Assembly (NCBI RefSeq): GCF_001194135.2
Contig: NC_068984.1
Location: 59,092,323-59,156,322 of the forward strand
DNA: 64,000 bases
Source: Octopus bimaculoides
Taxonomy: Eukaryota
Reading direction: 5' to 3'
Positions 11,986-24,090 of this stretch are shown in pieces. Every line of letters begins with the position of its first letter. Position 1 is the first letter of the stretch. Position numbers and translations under genes: made by a program. The notes under the pieces were generated by a model that was not told the DNA's origin, ran no database searches, and saw only the letters and a program-made list of their open reading frames with translations.

Positions 11986-12546
11986 CAGCTTTCTGATAAG
12001 GCTTCTGTTTTGTTGTGTTGGTGAGATATAAATGAAGACACCATTGGTTAAACAGAGTGAGATATTGTAGAGATAATAATTTGTTGCAAGTAGTGAAGTG
12101 GAGAAAGCAAAGTTACAAGAAGGTTGGACTGGAAATTTTACAATACCTAATTTTCATTCATTTTCTTCATATCTTGCCAGAAGAAAATTTACCTTTTCTC
12201 TTTCTAGTCCATTAATTTACTTATCTTCCAGAGATTCAGTAATTTCTGGCACTAAATGGAGTACTTGGACCTGAAAAGTTCTTTGTTGGGGTTACTCATT
12301 TGACTAATTTCCATTGAAAAGTACCTAATTTGTAGGAATTTGGTGCATAAGGAGTGAATGAGAATCATGTTTCTGGAATATCAGAATTTTGTTTGTATTA
12401 ACGACAATATAGCTCAAGTGGATGCCTAAATTAAAAAAAGAAGACAGTTCTATCAATGTGGAAACATTTGATCACTATGAGCAAATCATTTGTGCAGGTC
12501 ATTCAGCAAAAGCTGAATGCTCATACATCATATTCAGAGGGAGAGT

Positions 12547-12591
<45 letters not shown>

Positions 12592-12673
12592 GAAATTTAC
12601 AGAAAAACAAAAAACAAAGACAGGTGTATGAACAACAAGCAGGTGTATTAGTTTGGCACTTGGGAAAGTGAGA

Positions 12674-12714
12674 AAGTCTTTTAAGTTTCAAGCCTACGCT
12701 CTTCAAAAGAAAGG
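12674..12714 (-). ncRNA. Degenerate minimal type-I hammerhead ribozyme motif in the PLE 3' region
   Basis: Minus strand CTTT-CTTTTGA-A-GAGC(GTAG)GCTT-GAAAC-TTA-AAAG: stem I CTTT/AAAG, stem II hairpin and GAAAC present; core differs from CUGANGA at 2 positions. Confidence 0.55.
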
Positions 12715-13139
12715 AATAAGAAAAAATAAACAAAAAAAGAATAAAAAAACCTTGTGGATTTAGTGATCAAGCATGGCGACTGGTTGGAAAAAAAGGTTTC
12801 ACAGGAGAGGTAGAAAGAAAGGGAAATAACAAAGTATTGGTGATCCCAAAACGAAGGTGTGTGTGTATGTGAGAATGTGTAAGTGTGTGTGTGGACAGGG
12901 GCTACTGACTTTGATATGTGGATGTGTGTGTGTGTGTGTGCATCTGTAATGTGTGGGGTGGATGGGGTAGTGGTAGGCTATGTGGGAGTGGGTGTGAGGG
13001 GTATCAATGAAGAGAGGTGGGTAGGAGTGAAGAGAGGAAGAGAGGAGAGGAGAGGAGAAGTGGGTAGGAGTGAAGAGAGGAAGTAGGTGTCAGATGAAGA
13101 GATGAGAGGAGGAGAGTCAGATGAAGAGAGGAGGAGAGT

Positions 13140-14378
13140 CAGAGGAGGAGAGGAGGGGAGTTGAGCCCATGTGGCACAAAGGAGCAAAGAGAACATTAAT
13201 TCCTGTTCATGGCGAAGGCAGGAGTCTGGATGGCCCCTATGCAAAAACAATCCAAACACATACAGGTGTTGTAGTGAACGACTGATAGAGCAGAAATGGC
13301 ATGAGACTGGGGTGTCATTGCTGAGTCTGATGTCCGGTCAGCCAAGCGGTGTCCCATTTGACCTATGTACAAAGAAGGGCAGAAAGTGCAGGAGATGCAG
13401 TAAATGACATTGCTAGAAGTGCAGTTAAAGGAGTCAGTGATATGATAGGGACAGTGATGGGTGCCTGTGAGCATGGTGGTGTTGGAGAGGTAGGGGCAAG
13501 TGCAGCAGTGTGGGTGGGAGCAGGAGAACGAGCCAGTTTGAGAGGTGAGGTTAGGGCAGAAACTGCAGACCAGAAGGTCACGCAGGTTGTGGGTTCATTT
13601 GAAGGAGGGAAGAGGTAGGCTGGGGAAGATGTACAAGGTGGAGGGGTCAGACTGAAGTCTCCGGAAGGCTCAGAGAATGGTGCATTCAAGGGTGGGGGGA
13701 TGATAGGTGAAGGGAAACAGGAGATGGGCAATGGTGGGGCAGGTGCGGGATGAGAGAGCAGAGGCACAGTCCACAGAACATGCTCTGGCAAGGGCTGTGT
13801 GGATAGTGGTGAGGGGATATCTACAAAGGATGAAGTAGCAAGCCATGATTTGAGAGTTAGTCTCAAAGTCATGGTTGTCACTGCAGAGCCTGCACAGATG
13901 GAGGATTTAAGAGTAGGGGGATGGTGAGCTTGGAGTGGGTAGGGTGGAAGGAGAAGTTATGGTATGAGTGTGAGTTGGTGTGTTTCCAGTAGGTGGAGGT
14001 AGTAAGAGCAGAGTGGTGTATGTCAAGTAATGTGACAGAAGTGTTGGAAATAGTACAGGAGAATTCAAGGGCAGGATGGAAGGATTGGACAAAAGAGAGG
14101 AAGGAGTCTAGTTGTTCATGGGAGAGTGAGGTTGCACCAATACAGTCATCAATATAATGACCGTATAGTTCTGAAGTGGGTTCAGTGAATCATGAGAATA
14201 TCTAGGCCTCAACATGGCCAACAAACAGGTTCACATAGTTGGGGCCCATTGTTGTTCCCATGGCCACTCCCGAGAACTGTTGGTAAAAATCCCCCACAAA
14301 TGAGAAGTTGAGGGAGAGAACAAGTTTAGCCAGACGAAGAAGTGTGTAGGTGTCAGGTTGGGATTAGGGTCGAAGGTC
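13140..14378 (-). pseudogene. PLE ORF remnant: RT C-half, thumb, Cys linker, GIY-YIG endonuclease
   Basis: FYQQFSGVAMGTTMGPNYVNLFVG, LYGHYIDDCIG (YIDD at ~14156-14145), FHPALEF, NLRDLLV, FSCSHPHCCTCPY, FNCTSSNVIYCISCTFCPSLYIGQMGHRLADR. About 5 in-frame stops, a frameshift at ~13918 and further disruption after ~13330. Confidence 0.92.
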
Positions 14379-16889
14379 TATATACATGAGACACACAAAT
14401 AGCCTGTAAACTTTTCATTTAATGAATTTGAACAAAAGTAATCAAAAACGAAATTGAAGATAAAAATGTTTTAAACAATGATGTTAAAAATGAAGAAAAT
14501 CGAACTTCAAAATACTCCATTGTTAAGCATTAAACAAATCACTGCTTTAGATTATTTAATAGTTCATACCACAAAATAGACTATAATTTTCTGCATTTGT
14601 TCACTGTCTATGTTATGTTTACATGTGATATATCAACATGTATGTGTGTATTGATGTATCACTACAATTTGAGTACTGATGTACTCAAAATATAGTTGTG
14701 TTGTTTTGTACATATTTCGCTGCTTTTGTTTATGCTTTTCACACATGAATAGTGTCATATTATACGTACATATATATACCAAACTTTTACTGTAAGAAGA
14801 ATTATTATTACCCTTTGGAATATAATAATTATATGGCAACTAATGACTAATGACCTTAATAGCTAAAGCACTATAATAGAATATGAATAGCGATATTGTA
14901 TTAATTTCAGGAAATTGGAACATTAATGATAATTATGCTATTAATTCAAATATATTTTGACCATGAACAAGGCACATTTTTTGCATGGGTAAATAAATAG
15001 CTAGTACTAATTTTTATTCACTCTGGAGAGAAGAGAGATAAAGTTGTCTCACCTTTGTGACATTTAGTACAAGCAAATAAAATGAATGTTCATTAATGTA
15101 CCAGCATTAAGGAAGGAAACTGGATACTTTCTACAGTAGTTTTCCTTCTTTTCTTTTTAACTGTTTGTAGTGAATTCTTTATTATCTTAAAGTAATTAAT
15201 ACCAATTTTGTAAGACGGGAAATTTAGTGGTTATCCTCTTTTGAAGTAGCATCAAATCACATTTAAGGATTGATGCTTTTTTTTTTTTTTTAGTTAAAAT
15301 CCTTTATCAAACATTCTCAATTTTTATTTCTGAACTCTTTTATTAGTAAATAAACTGAATTTTCTTTCTGAAGTGTGAAAGTGGTTTTCAAACTCCAACA
15401 ACTTGGGATATTTAACAAGTTTTAGGCAACAGCTACAGTCGGCTGAGTTAATATGGTATCAGGCAACTATTTGAAGTGTTGGTGGTTCATTTCCTATTAT
15501 TGATGCTAATCTATGTCCATGGCCAAAGCACTTAATATTTTCTGACTTTGTCTACCTAAATGTAAATAGATAATGGATCAATATTTTGTTAGCTTGTAGT
15601 TCAATTCCTTATTTGTGTCCAATATGACAATAGCAAACCAGTCTTAGAGATCCTAAAATCACCTGAGTCATCAGGAATTAAAATTCATTGCAACATCTTC
15701 AATAGAAAACTACGACAAATTTTCTCTCAGATTTACAATGATGTTCACCTTATAGTTCAAACATTGCATTTTTTAAAATTACTAGGAAATTCTGAATAAG
15801 TCCAGGTGAATCTATATGCATCATAGATCTTTCACCATGCTACTCTGATCTTCAGTCATTAGCCAGTCTACATTCTCTAACATTGTCATTGTTTATTGTC
15901 CATAATAACATTATTAGTGTAATACAACAAATACATAACAATTGTCTCAGAGATTGTATTTTGTTGATTTTTTTTGATTTTTTTTTTTTTACTTGAAGCA
16001 AAAAGAATCATCTAATTTATTTGTGAGGGATATTGTGACTTTTGTGTTTTCATAATTGCATTAGACTATAATCATTACAACAATAAATCAAAACTGAGCT
16101 GAAAACTGGGCTCACTATGAGTGTATCCTCTGCTTTGGATCCCAAATTATTTACTATGCTGAGTTTATTCAACTAAAACTCTTCTCTAGTACTCTTTGAG
16201 AATCAGCCTAGTGATGTCATTAATGTATATTCTATAGCAATCTAATTTCTGTTAATTATTGAAAATATTTAAAAATAAATAATTGACAAATTTATACTTT
16301 TTCCCTCAAACAAAAATATAATATCAATTTTGTTCATTGACTTGAAGTATCTGACTTATTTAGACAAAAATAAGAATTTGCTTTTCCCAAGGGCATTACT
16401 GACACTGGAATTGAAATCATGTCATTGACTTGATTTGTTGACACTTTGCTGCATTACTGCTGTACTTATCACTACTTTCAAAGTATTTTAACTTAATCCT
16501 AAATTCTGGCTCACATAGGCAGTTCCTGTTGTACAAGCAGAAGATATCAGATAAATTTTGGTTTGGCCAAATTGCTTGTTTATCACAGCAGCTAACTTTC
16601 TAGAATATCTGGAATCGATTCTCCAGGTAAATGGAGGAAGCGTCTTAATTATCATCACACAGTAAAGATGTCATTCTGCAAAATGACTTGGAGCACTTAA
16701 AAAATCAGGTACCTTACTCAAAAGTATTATGGAAATATCTGTAGAAAGATACACATTCATAATCCCATAGCTATGAATCTTATAGCTTTTCCAAACAGTT
16801 ACATCACCATTGCAAAGTTAACTATGTTATTGATAACAACTAAAAAAAGATGCTTCTTTTCTGCTCACCAACTTGATGGAGCTTTGGCA

Positions 16890-17572
16890 AGTTTGCAGTT
16901 TGGCTTTGTGATGCTATTTTCACAAGTGAAGTATTTAACTAAGAATGAGCCATTGAACATGGCATTTGTTGATCTGGAGAAAGCCAGGAGGAATTGGTGT
17001 CATCAGATGGTGTATGTGTGTGAGGGTATATATATGTATGGATAGAGGATAGACAGAAATCACCTGGTCCATCAGGAGTCACTGCTGAGATGCTTAAAAT
17101 ATCTGGTAGTGTAGGATACAGTCCAGTCACCCATATCAGGTTATTCAGGAAGGTGTAATTCCCAGAGACTGATAAGCACCATCATAGTCAGCTGCTACAA
17201 AGTTAAGGGAGATTCCTTAGATAAAAGTGATTATTGAAGCATCAAATTGCTGGACCAAGTGATGGAAGTATTGGAGAGTTAATTGGGAACAGAATTAGGC
17301 TAGATGAATGGCTATTTTCACAAGTGAAGTATTTAGCTAAGAATAAGCCATTGAACATGGCATTTGTTGATCTGAAGAAAGCTATGAACAGCGTGCCTCT
17401 GTCTATGATATGTCACTGAGGAAGCTAGGCATAGATGAATGGCTTGTTAAAGCAATACAGGTCATGTACAGGGGTGCAGTTTGTAAGATAAGAGTTAAGC
17501 ATGACTAGAGTGATAAAGTTAGCATAGAGGTAGGCTGTCACCAAGTTTCAGTCTGCAGCCCCCTCCTTGTCA
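16890..17572 (+). mobile_element. RTE-clade LINE RT fragments, rearranged and decayed
   Basis: KSPGPSGVTAEMLKISG, IKLLDQVM, KYLAKNKPLNMAFVDLKKA, RKLGIDEWLVKAIQVMY, VGCHQVSVCSPLL (cf. GVHQGSVLSPLLF). Confidence 0.85.
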
Positions 17573-17579
17573 TCTTCCA

Positions 17580-17655
17580 AATATAATCGACTTAACCCCT
17601 CCCCCAAAATCTTAGGCCATGTGCCTATAATAGAAAGGATTATTATCGTTATTTT
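17580..17655 (+). mobile_element. SINE-B 3' tail fragment
   Basis: AATCGACTTAACCCCTCCCCCAAAATCTTAGGCCATGTGCCTATAATAGAAAGGATTATTAT. Confidence 0.7.
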
Positions 17656-18018
17656 TATTATCCAGCAAACGAAATTAGGTGTTTTCATTGATATTTCAAA
17701 ATTTTAATCAATCATTGAGCTTCTTTTTCATATGTTGTCAAATGAATATAAAGCTGGGAGGTTTATATTTTCCCACACTGTTTTGTATTTGTTACTAAAA
17801 CAATATTTTGTAGCCAGACCTGAACATCTGATTTATGAAGGTAGGGAAATGAGGAGTTATGTTATATTATTCACATTTTTCCTAAAAGCATTAATGGCTT
17901 TGGGAACTGAAACTCAGTCATTGACCCTTTTACGAGTACAATACAACTACATGTATGAAAACAACAGATCAGATGGTTACAGCTGCTCAATCAAGGCCGA
18001 CTCAGTTCTAAACAACAG

Positions 18019-18404
18019 TTGTTTGTTGGCACTCCGTCGCTTATGACATCAAGGGTTCCAGTTGATCCGATCAACGGAACAGCCTGCTCGTGAAATTAAC
18101 GTGCAAATGGCTGAGCACTCCACAGACAGTGTACCCTTAACATAGTTCTCGGGGATATTCAGCATGACACAGTGTGACAAGGCTGACCCTTTGAATTACA
18201 GGCACAACAGAAACAGGAAGTAAGAGTGACAGAAAGTTGTGGTGAAAGAATACAGCAGGGTTCGCCACCATCCCCTGCCGGAGCCTCGTGGAGCTTTAGG
18301 TGTTTTCGCTCAATAAACACTCACAATGCCCTGTCTGGGAATCGAAACTACGATCCTATGACCATGAGTCCGCTGCCCTAACCACTGGGCCATTGCGCCT
18401 CCAC
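18019..18404 (-). mobile_element. SINE-C, full length, with 12-bp TSD
   Basis: Minus strand head GTGGAGGCGCAATGGCCCAGTGGTTAGGGCAGCGGAC...GTTTCGATTCCC (A/B boxes); TSD TCTAAACAACAG (18007-18018) / TCTAAAGAACAG (18405-18416). Confidence 0.92.
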
Positions 18405-19709
18405 TCTAAAGAACAGTAACAGCATGAATACTGAATCTTTTAGTGGTGTCCCTATTGACTCAATAGACTTATAGGACTAACTTTTCACTCTTGTATATTG
18501 ACTCACAACATTCTAGCTACTTGACTCATTATGGTGCTAGATTGACTCCTTTACAAGAATGATGTTGTGTTTCTTAACTCTAAATTTACAATGAAGTGGC
18601 TCAACTGAAAATTGGTACTTTGGGTGGACTTGTACAGCTTGAGGTTTTATGCAATTTGGAGGTGTTGTATAATTTAAACTGTGAGATGATACATTAGCTC
18701 ACAGAGCATGCTGAAATCCTCTTGAAAGTAGTTGGTTAAATCTGTAGTAACCTAGCATTATCTTCAAAAGTGATGCTATGAAAACTGGGCATAACTATCA
18801 GCAGTTGGTAACAATTTCCAGTAATAATAGGAGATAAAACAAAACAAACAGAGATATAGTAACTCTTATTATGCTTTGATCTCCTTATCAATTCAGAAAA
18901 AGAAATAAGGCCACATATGACCAATGTTATAAGCTGTAAACATAAAAAAAAGAAAGTTTGTTGAATGTTTTTTTTTTTCTTACCTGAAACTGGTGTGTTC
19001 AGCTAGGGTTTTGTGTGTGTATGTGCGTGTGTGTGCGTGCATGCTAAAGTAATAGATGCAAGGAATTCAGCTGAACAGAAATTTCATACAGAAAGATTTC
19101 TTCCAACTCCAATGCAAACATACGCAACACTGAGAGCTAGTGGAAATTAAGTTTGCTCTACATTGTATACTAGACAAGTGGCTTATCAGTGAGTAGAAAT
19201 TGTATCAAAAGAGGCCTCTCCCATATAAACAAAATTATAATGTACTGAATTGTGTATGAGCTAAGACAAGTTAAAAGGTGGACTCAAGTACACACACACA
19301 CACATACAATTATGAAAATGGATACTAATTACACATATGTACAAGTAATATAATCCTGTATGGTAGTTGTCTGGAATATTGAACAATCAATATCAAACTT
19401 TTACACTTGCACTAATTCACTCATTCGCATCCTCACACTCTTCCTTACATACACATATACACTCAACAGGGGTGGAGGGTGTGATACACTGGTACAGATA
19501 CACTCTTAAGCTAGCATGGAATGCTCAATACATCAGCATTGTACTTACATGTACTAACATGCATTCATATATGCACCCTTATTCATTCCTACACATATAT
19601 CCTTACAAATTTTCATATGCATACCTATACAGGCATTTACATGTACACATACTAACATATTTTTATACGTATATCCCACTCCCACTCTCTCTTTCTCTAT
19701 GTGTGTATG

Positions 19710-19749
<40 letters not shown>

Positions 19750-20044
19750 TTTATTTATTTGAATATATATATGTGTATATAACTCATGCAGAAAAATCTT
19801 TTTTTTATTGTTATCTATTTAAATTTTGCCAAATTTGTATATAGCATAGAAAACTCATATACATGCATTACTTTAATTCCTTTTATATCATTAAGCTTAT
19901 CCAAAAATTCAACACTAGATTTAATAATCAGCAACAAATTCACATCAGAATTTTTCTATATTGTTTTGAAACTTATGCATGGTTGAACAATCTGCACTCA
20001 CATAGAATATACAGTCAGAAACAAATAATAGCAATTTCCAAACC

Positions 20045-20350
20045 AGTGTGATTGCTCGACCTGTTGGTGGAAAATGACAGTATGGTCATGGCTGGAATGT
20101 CTCATCAAAGATCTGCTCTATCAGAGATGACCTGGAGGCTAAACAACAACTGATGAAGCCACTACATGTTTGCATGGCCTGCTAGAATTAGCAGCAAAGT
20201 CATCCTCAAATTACATCCTACTGTTTTTAAGAAAGGAAGAACACATTAGAATGATTTAGTCCTAAATCCAGTGTATCTTAATGAGTAGATAGGCTGTTTA
20301 GTTGCTGCTGGAATGCGATTGATTGTATAGGTTTGGAACTGGGTCTACAC
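20045..20350 (+). repeat. Two tandem family D copies
   Basis: ATGGTCATGGCTGGAATG...GGAGGCTAAACAACAAC then GCTAGAATTAGCAGCAAAGTC... Confidence 0.6.
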
Positions 20351-22447
20351 AAGTGGCAAATTTTAATTAATAATTGCAAATCAAAGATCAGTTTTCAACA
20401 TCTGAAAATTTCAATTTGCAGCAGTTGCCTGTTCATCCTCTTCCTGCCATCAGCACAATGCCATTGCTGGATCTACCTAATGCATTACATAAGTTTCCTT
20501 TGTAAGAGATTTCACTCATTTATAGTTCCATCCAACTGCCTAAGCCAACCATAATCTTCAATCTTCGGTTGCTCATAACCGTCAGTTGTGCCAGCACAAA
20601 TAATGTGATTCGAGCATGAAATTTCTGAAAGTCAATGTGAGATCTTCCTTTTTGTATATCTGTTGATTATACTTCTTAAATAATACCATATTCCTTTACA
20701 TTCTTTTACACCACACTAAACATAGTCACTTTCTCTGACAATAATGAGATTGGGAAATTTCTTTTAATTAACATTTGTTTTGACAGTGTTAATTTTAAGC
20801 TATTTTTTTAAAACTCTTTTGATACAAACCCATCCAAAGCCATACTAAAGTGTTTATATTTAAATTTAAACCTCAGTCAAAATCTCCTTATAATATAACT
20901 GATACAGGATTTCTGTTAGTGAACATCATCATAATGTACAAATATATATAGTTACAGTTATTTTACTGTATCCCTTCAAAGTCTTGATTACTCTACACTA
21001 ATTAGAGTACACTTAAATACTCTACTGAATACTTAATTGATTCTGCAATGAGAAACAAATAATATATAGAAACAGAAATTCTCTGTTTTACTTGGTTTTC
21101 ATAATTACTTCACACACTATTTTTCAACAAGTTTCAATGGCTAGTTTCTTTCTGTTGCTTTGATTAGGTTGTTTTGCTTTGACTAGGTTGTCTCTTCTTT
21201 CCATTCCTACCTCTTAAATAGCAGCCTGTTAGCAAAACATTAATTTCTATGATGGATACACTTTTCTTTCATTCCTCTTGCTAAACTTGTTTGTAATATG
21301 GCATGTTTTACATTTCTAGTTTTATTTTTCTCAACATATAACATTAGAAATCTTTCTCTCTCATTGCTTAGAAAAATCAGCTATATGGATATCTTTCTAA
21401 ATTCAATTTGTAATTGTCAGATAGCTTTCCTTTATGCCTTTTCAAATCTTTTCTGTTTCACATTACTTGATCAGCTATTTCTTTTTCTACAACTATACTG
21501 TTTCAAATCTTGAAATGTTTGTTCCAGTCAAAGCCTTATATAAAGGCTTATATATATATAGTAAGTCATTTCTTAATCATACCCATATGTTCTCTGTGCA
21601 ATGTTCTTGACCTTTGTCCACATATACATCCTCTAATGCCATGTGGAAACTGATCTTTGTGGAAATACCTTTCAGTTTTGAAATTTTTCTTTCATTGGTT
21701 AAAAGACATGCTATCTCTCATGGTTTGTAACCCAAAATTACTATTTTATATTCAAGTGAGAATTTCGTTTTTTCTCTCACTTGTAGGATCCAAAATGAGA
21801 AATTCATTTTCTCTGCATGGCATACGAACTTTCTTTTTCATGTACCAATCTCTGTTCGTTTACATTTTTAACTGATTTCTTTCTGACATGACCATTAAAA
21901 TAACTTCATTAGCATTGAAACCTTCCATTTCACTTGTCTTATTCATTTTATTACGTACCCTCACATTTTCTGTGTGTTGAGCAGAAGTCAGTACTACAGT
22001 TCTCTCAGTTACAATAATCCTACAGAGTTTTATATCTCTGAATACTCTACAGAATCTATCTGTGAAGATATTCTCCGTTTCTGTGTATAACATGCACTGT
22101 ATGACATCTCCAAGATTTCTTGCTGTTCTTCTTATAATGCTGACATTAACATCAATCATCTGGCAAGAACAAATGGCATTATTGTTTGGTGACATTTATA
22201 CACTTGTGCCATGGTGGCAGGATTTGGTGACATCTCTGTACCCTTACCATGTCCAGAACTGACAATGGCATGCCATCCATGTCTATGCAGTTGACAATAC
22301 CTTCATTTTTTTATACTACACATCTTTTGTTTGGCAAGAATGCTTACCACTGGTTAGCCTTGCAGCTCTGATAAACCATTTAGGGCAATTTATTGAGGAA
22401 CCAGCACAATAAAAGGAATTTCTTCCTACTCCCTTTCTGTGATATTT

Positions 22448-22822
22448 CTTATCTTTTACTTGTTTCAGTCATTAGACTGTGACCATGCTGGGGCACCACC
22501 TTGAAGAATTTTTAGTTAAATGAATTGACCCCATTACTTATTTTTTCTAAGCCTAGTACTTATTCTATCAATCTTTTTTGCTAAGTTACAGGGATGTAAG
22601 CACACTAACACCGGTTGCCAAGCGATGGTGGGGGACAAACACAGACACAAAGACACACACACATAGATATACATATATGATGGGTTTCTTTCAGTTTCTG
22701 TCTATCAAATCCACTCACAAGGCTTTGGTTGGCCAAGAGTTGCAGTAGAAGACACTTGCCCAAGGTGACACACAGTAGGACTGAACCTGGGACCATGTGA
22801 TTAGGAAACACACTCTATGCCT
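22448..22822 (-). mobile_element. SINE-A
   Basis: TACTTGTTTCAGTCATTAGACTG ... AGAAGACACTTGCCCAAGGTG...ACTGAACC. Confidence 0.9.
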
Positions 22823-23084
22823 ATATATATATATCAGTTTTATTTTTAAGTGACCATTCTCCTGTGTAGGTTGCCTTCATTATTGCTCCATAAATTAAAA
22901 AAAATAAAATATATGAAAGTAGCATTGGTGAAGAAACAAATGAGTAGCAAAATTTGAAATTGATAAGAAATCTGAAAATCAAGAATGGGAAGGTAAAATA
23001 GAGGTAGCAATTATGAAAGGAAGGAAAGGATGATAACATTAGAAACAGCATGAGAACAGGCAATTGTGCAAAACCAACAACCAA

Positions 23085-23400
23085 TGTTGTTGTTTACCCT
23101 CCAGGTCAACCCTAACCAAGCTGACCTATCACCAAAGGCATCCCAACTGTGATGCTACCAATCTTTATCAAGAATGACATTATTGAATGTATCCTTACTT
23201 TGTTTAAAGATAGTAAAGTTGGATAGGAAGGAGATTAAACTACTATTTCTTGCATATTAAGCAATCACATTGACTCTCCATCACCGGATTATAGAGATTT
23301 CAGTGCTAATTGTCGTCAATGTTATTAGTATAGTTTAACCCCCAAATCAACCATATTTGAGGAAACCTGTGATCAAAAGCATTCCAGTCGTCTTTCCTTT
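23085..23400 (-). repeat. Family D copies (one long, one tail fragment)
   Basis: TGTTGTTGTTTACCCTCCAGGTCAAC and GTTTAACCCCAAATCAAC...CAAAAGCATTCCAGTC. Confidence 0.6.
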
Positions 23401-23644
23401 GTTTTTCACTTGTTTCAGTCATTAAACTGTGGCCATGCTGGGGCACTGAACTAATCGATCCCAGTACTTCTTTTCTTTTCTTTTTTTTTTTAAAGCCTGG
23501 TGCTTATTCTATTGGTCTTTTTGCTAAACCACTAAGTTGCATGGCATAATCACACCAATGCCAGTTGTCAAGTGGTGGTGAGGGACAAACACTGACAGAA
23601 ATACACACACACACACACACACACAAATACACACACACACACAA

Positions 23645-23683
<39 letters not shown>

Positions 23684-24090
23684 ATTAAAAGAAATTGAAT
23701 AAAAAAATCCTGGCAGATATCAATAAAGCACTCAGTATTAAAAGAATTTGGTTATAAATGTTCAACAATCAGACATCAGTAAACATAAATAGAATACATA
23801 TCCCAGATAAATCATCATGCATGACAGGTAAATCCAAGTATCAGAGTATTTAACAACAAAAAATATGTACAGAGAAAATTATATCTTTATTATAGATCTC
23901 ACCTCATAAAGCCAACATGCAGATATATATACAATCAGCCTCTTTCAGATTCTGTCTGTTAAATCTACTCACTAGGCTTTGGTTAACCTGAGGCTATAAT
24001 AGAAGATACTTGCCTAAGGTGCCACACAGTGGGACTGAACCTGGAACCATGTGGTTGGGAAGCAAGCTTCTTACCACACAGCCAGGCCTA
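23401..24090 (-). mobile_element. SINE-A split by a ~240 bp insertion at its (CA)n
   Basis: 3' module at 23401-23600, (CA)n to 23679, unrelated sequence 23680-23920, then the 5' module 23925-24090. Confidence 0.8.

Larger units (their letters stand above)
12589..14378 (-). mobile_element. Penelope-like retroelement (Neptune-like), 5'-truncated, decayed
   Basis: RT, linker and GIY-YIG in order on the minus strand, followed by a C/T-rich 3' region with a hammerhead-like motif, ending against (TA)n at 12551-12588. Confidence 0.92.

Noticed and set aside
13363-13881. 172-aa Pro/Ser-rich minus ORF and overlapping plus ORFs
   Set aside because: Alternative frames of the PLE ORF; the conserved motifs lie in a different frame.
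15593-15800. ~69-codon plus-strand open frame without ATG
   Set aside because: Dozens of open frames this long are expected by chance in 64 kb x 6 frames at this AT content; no donor before the stop.
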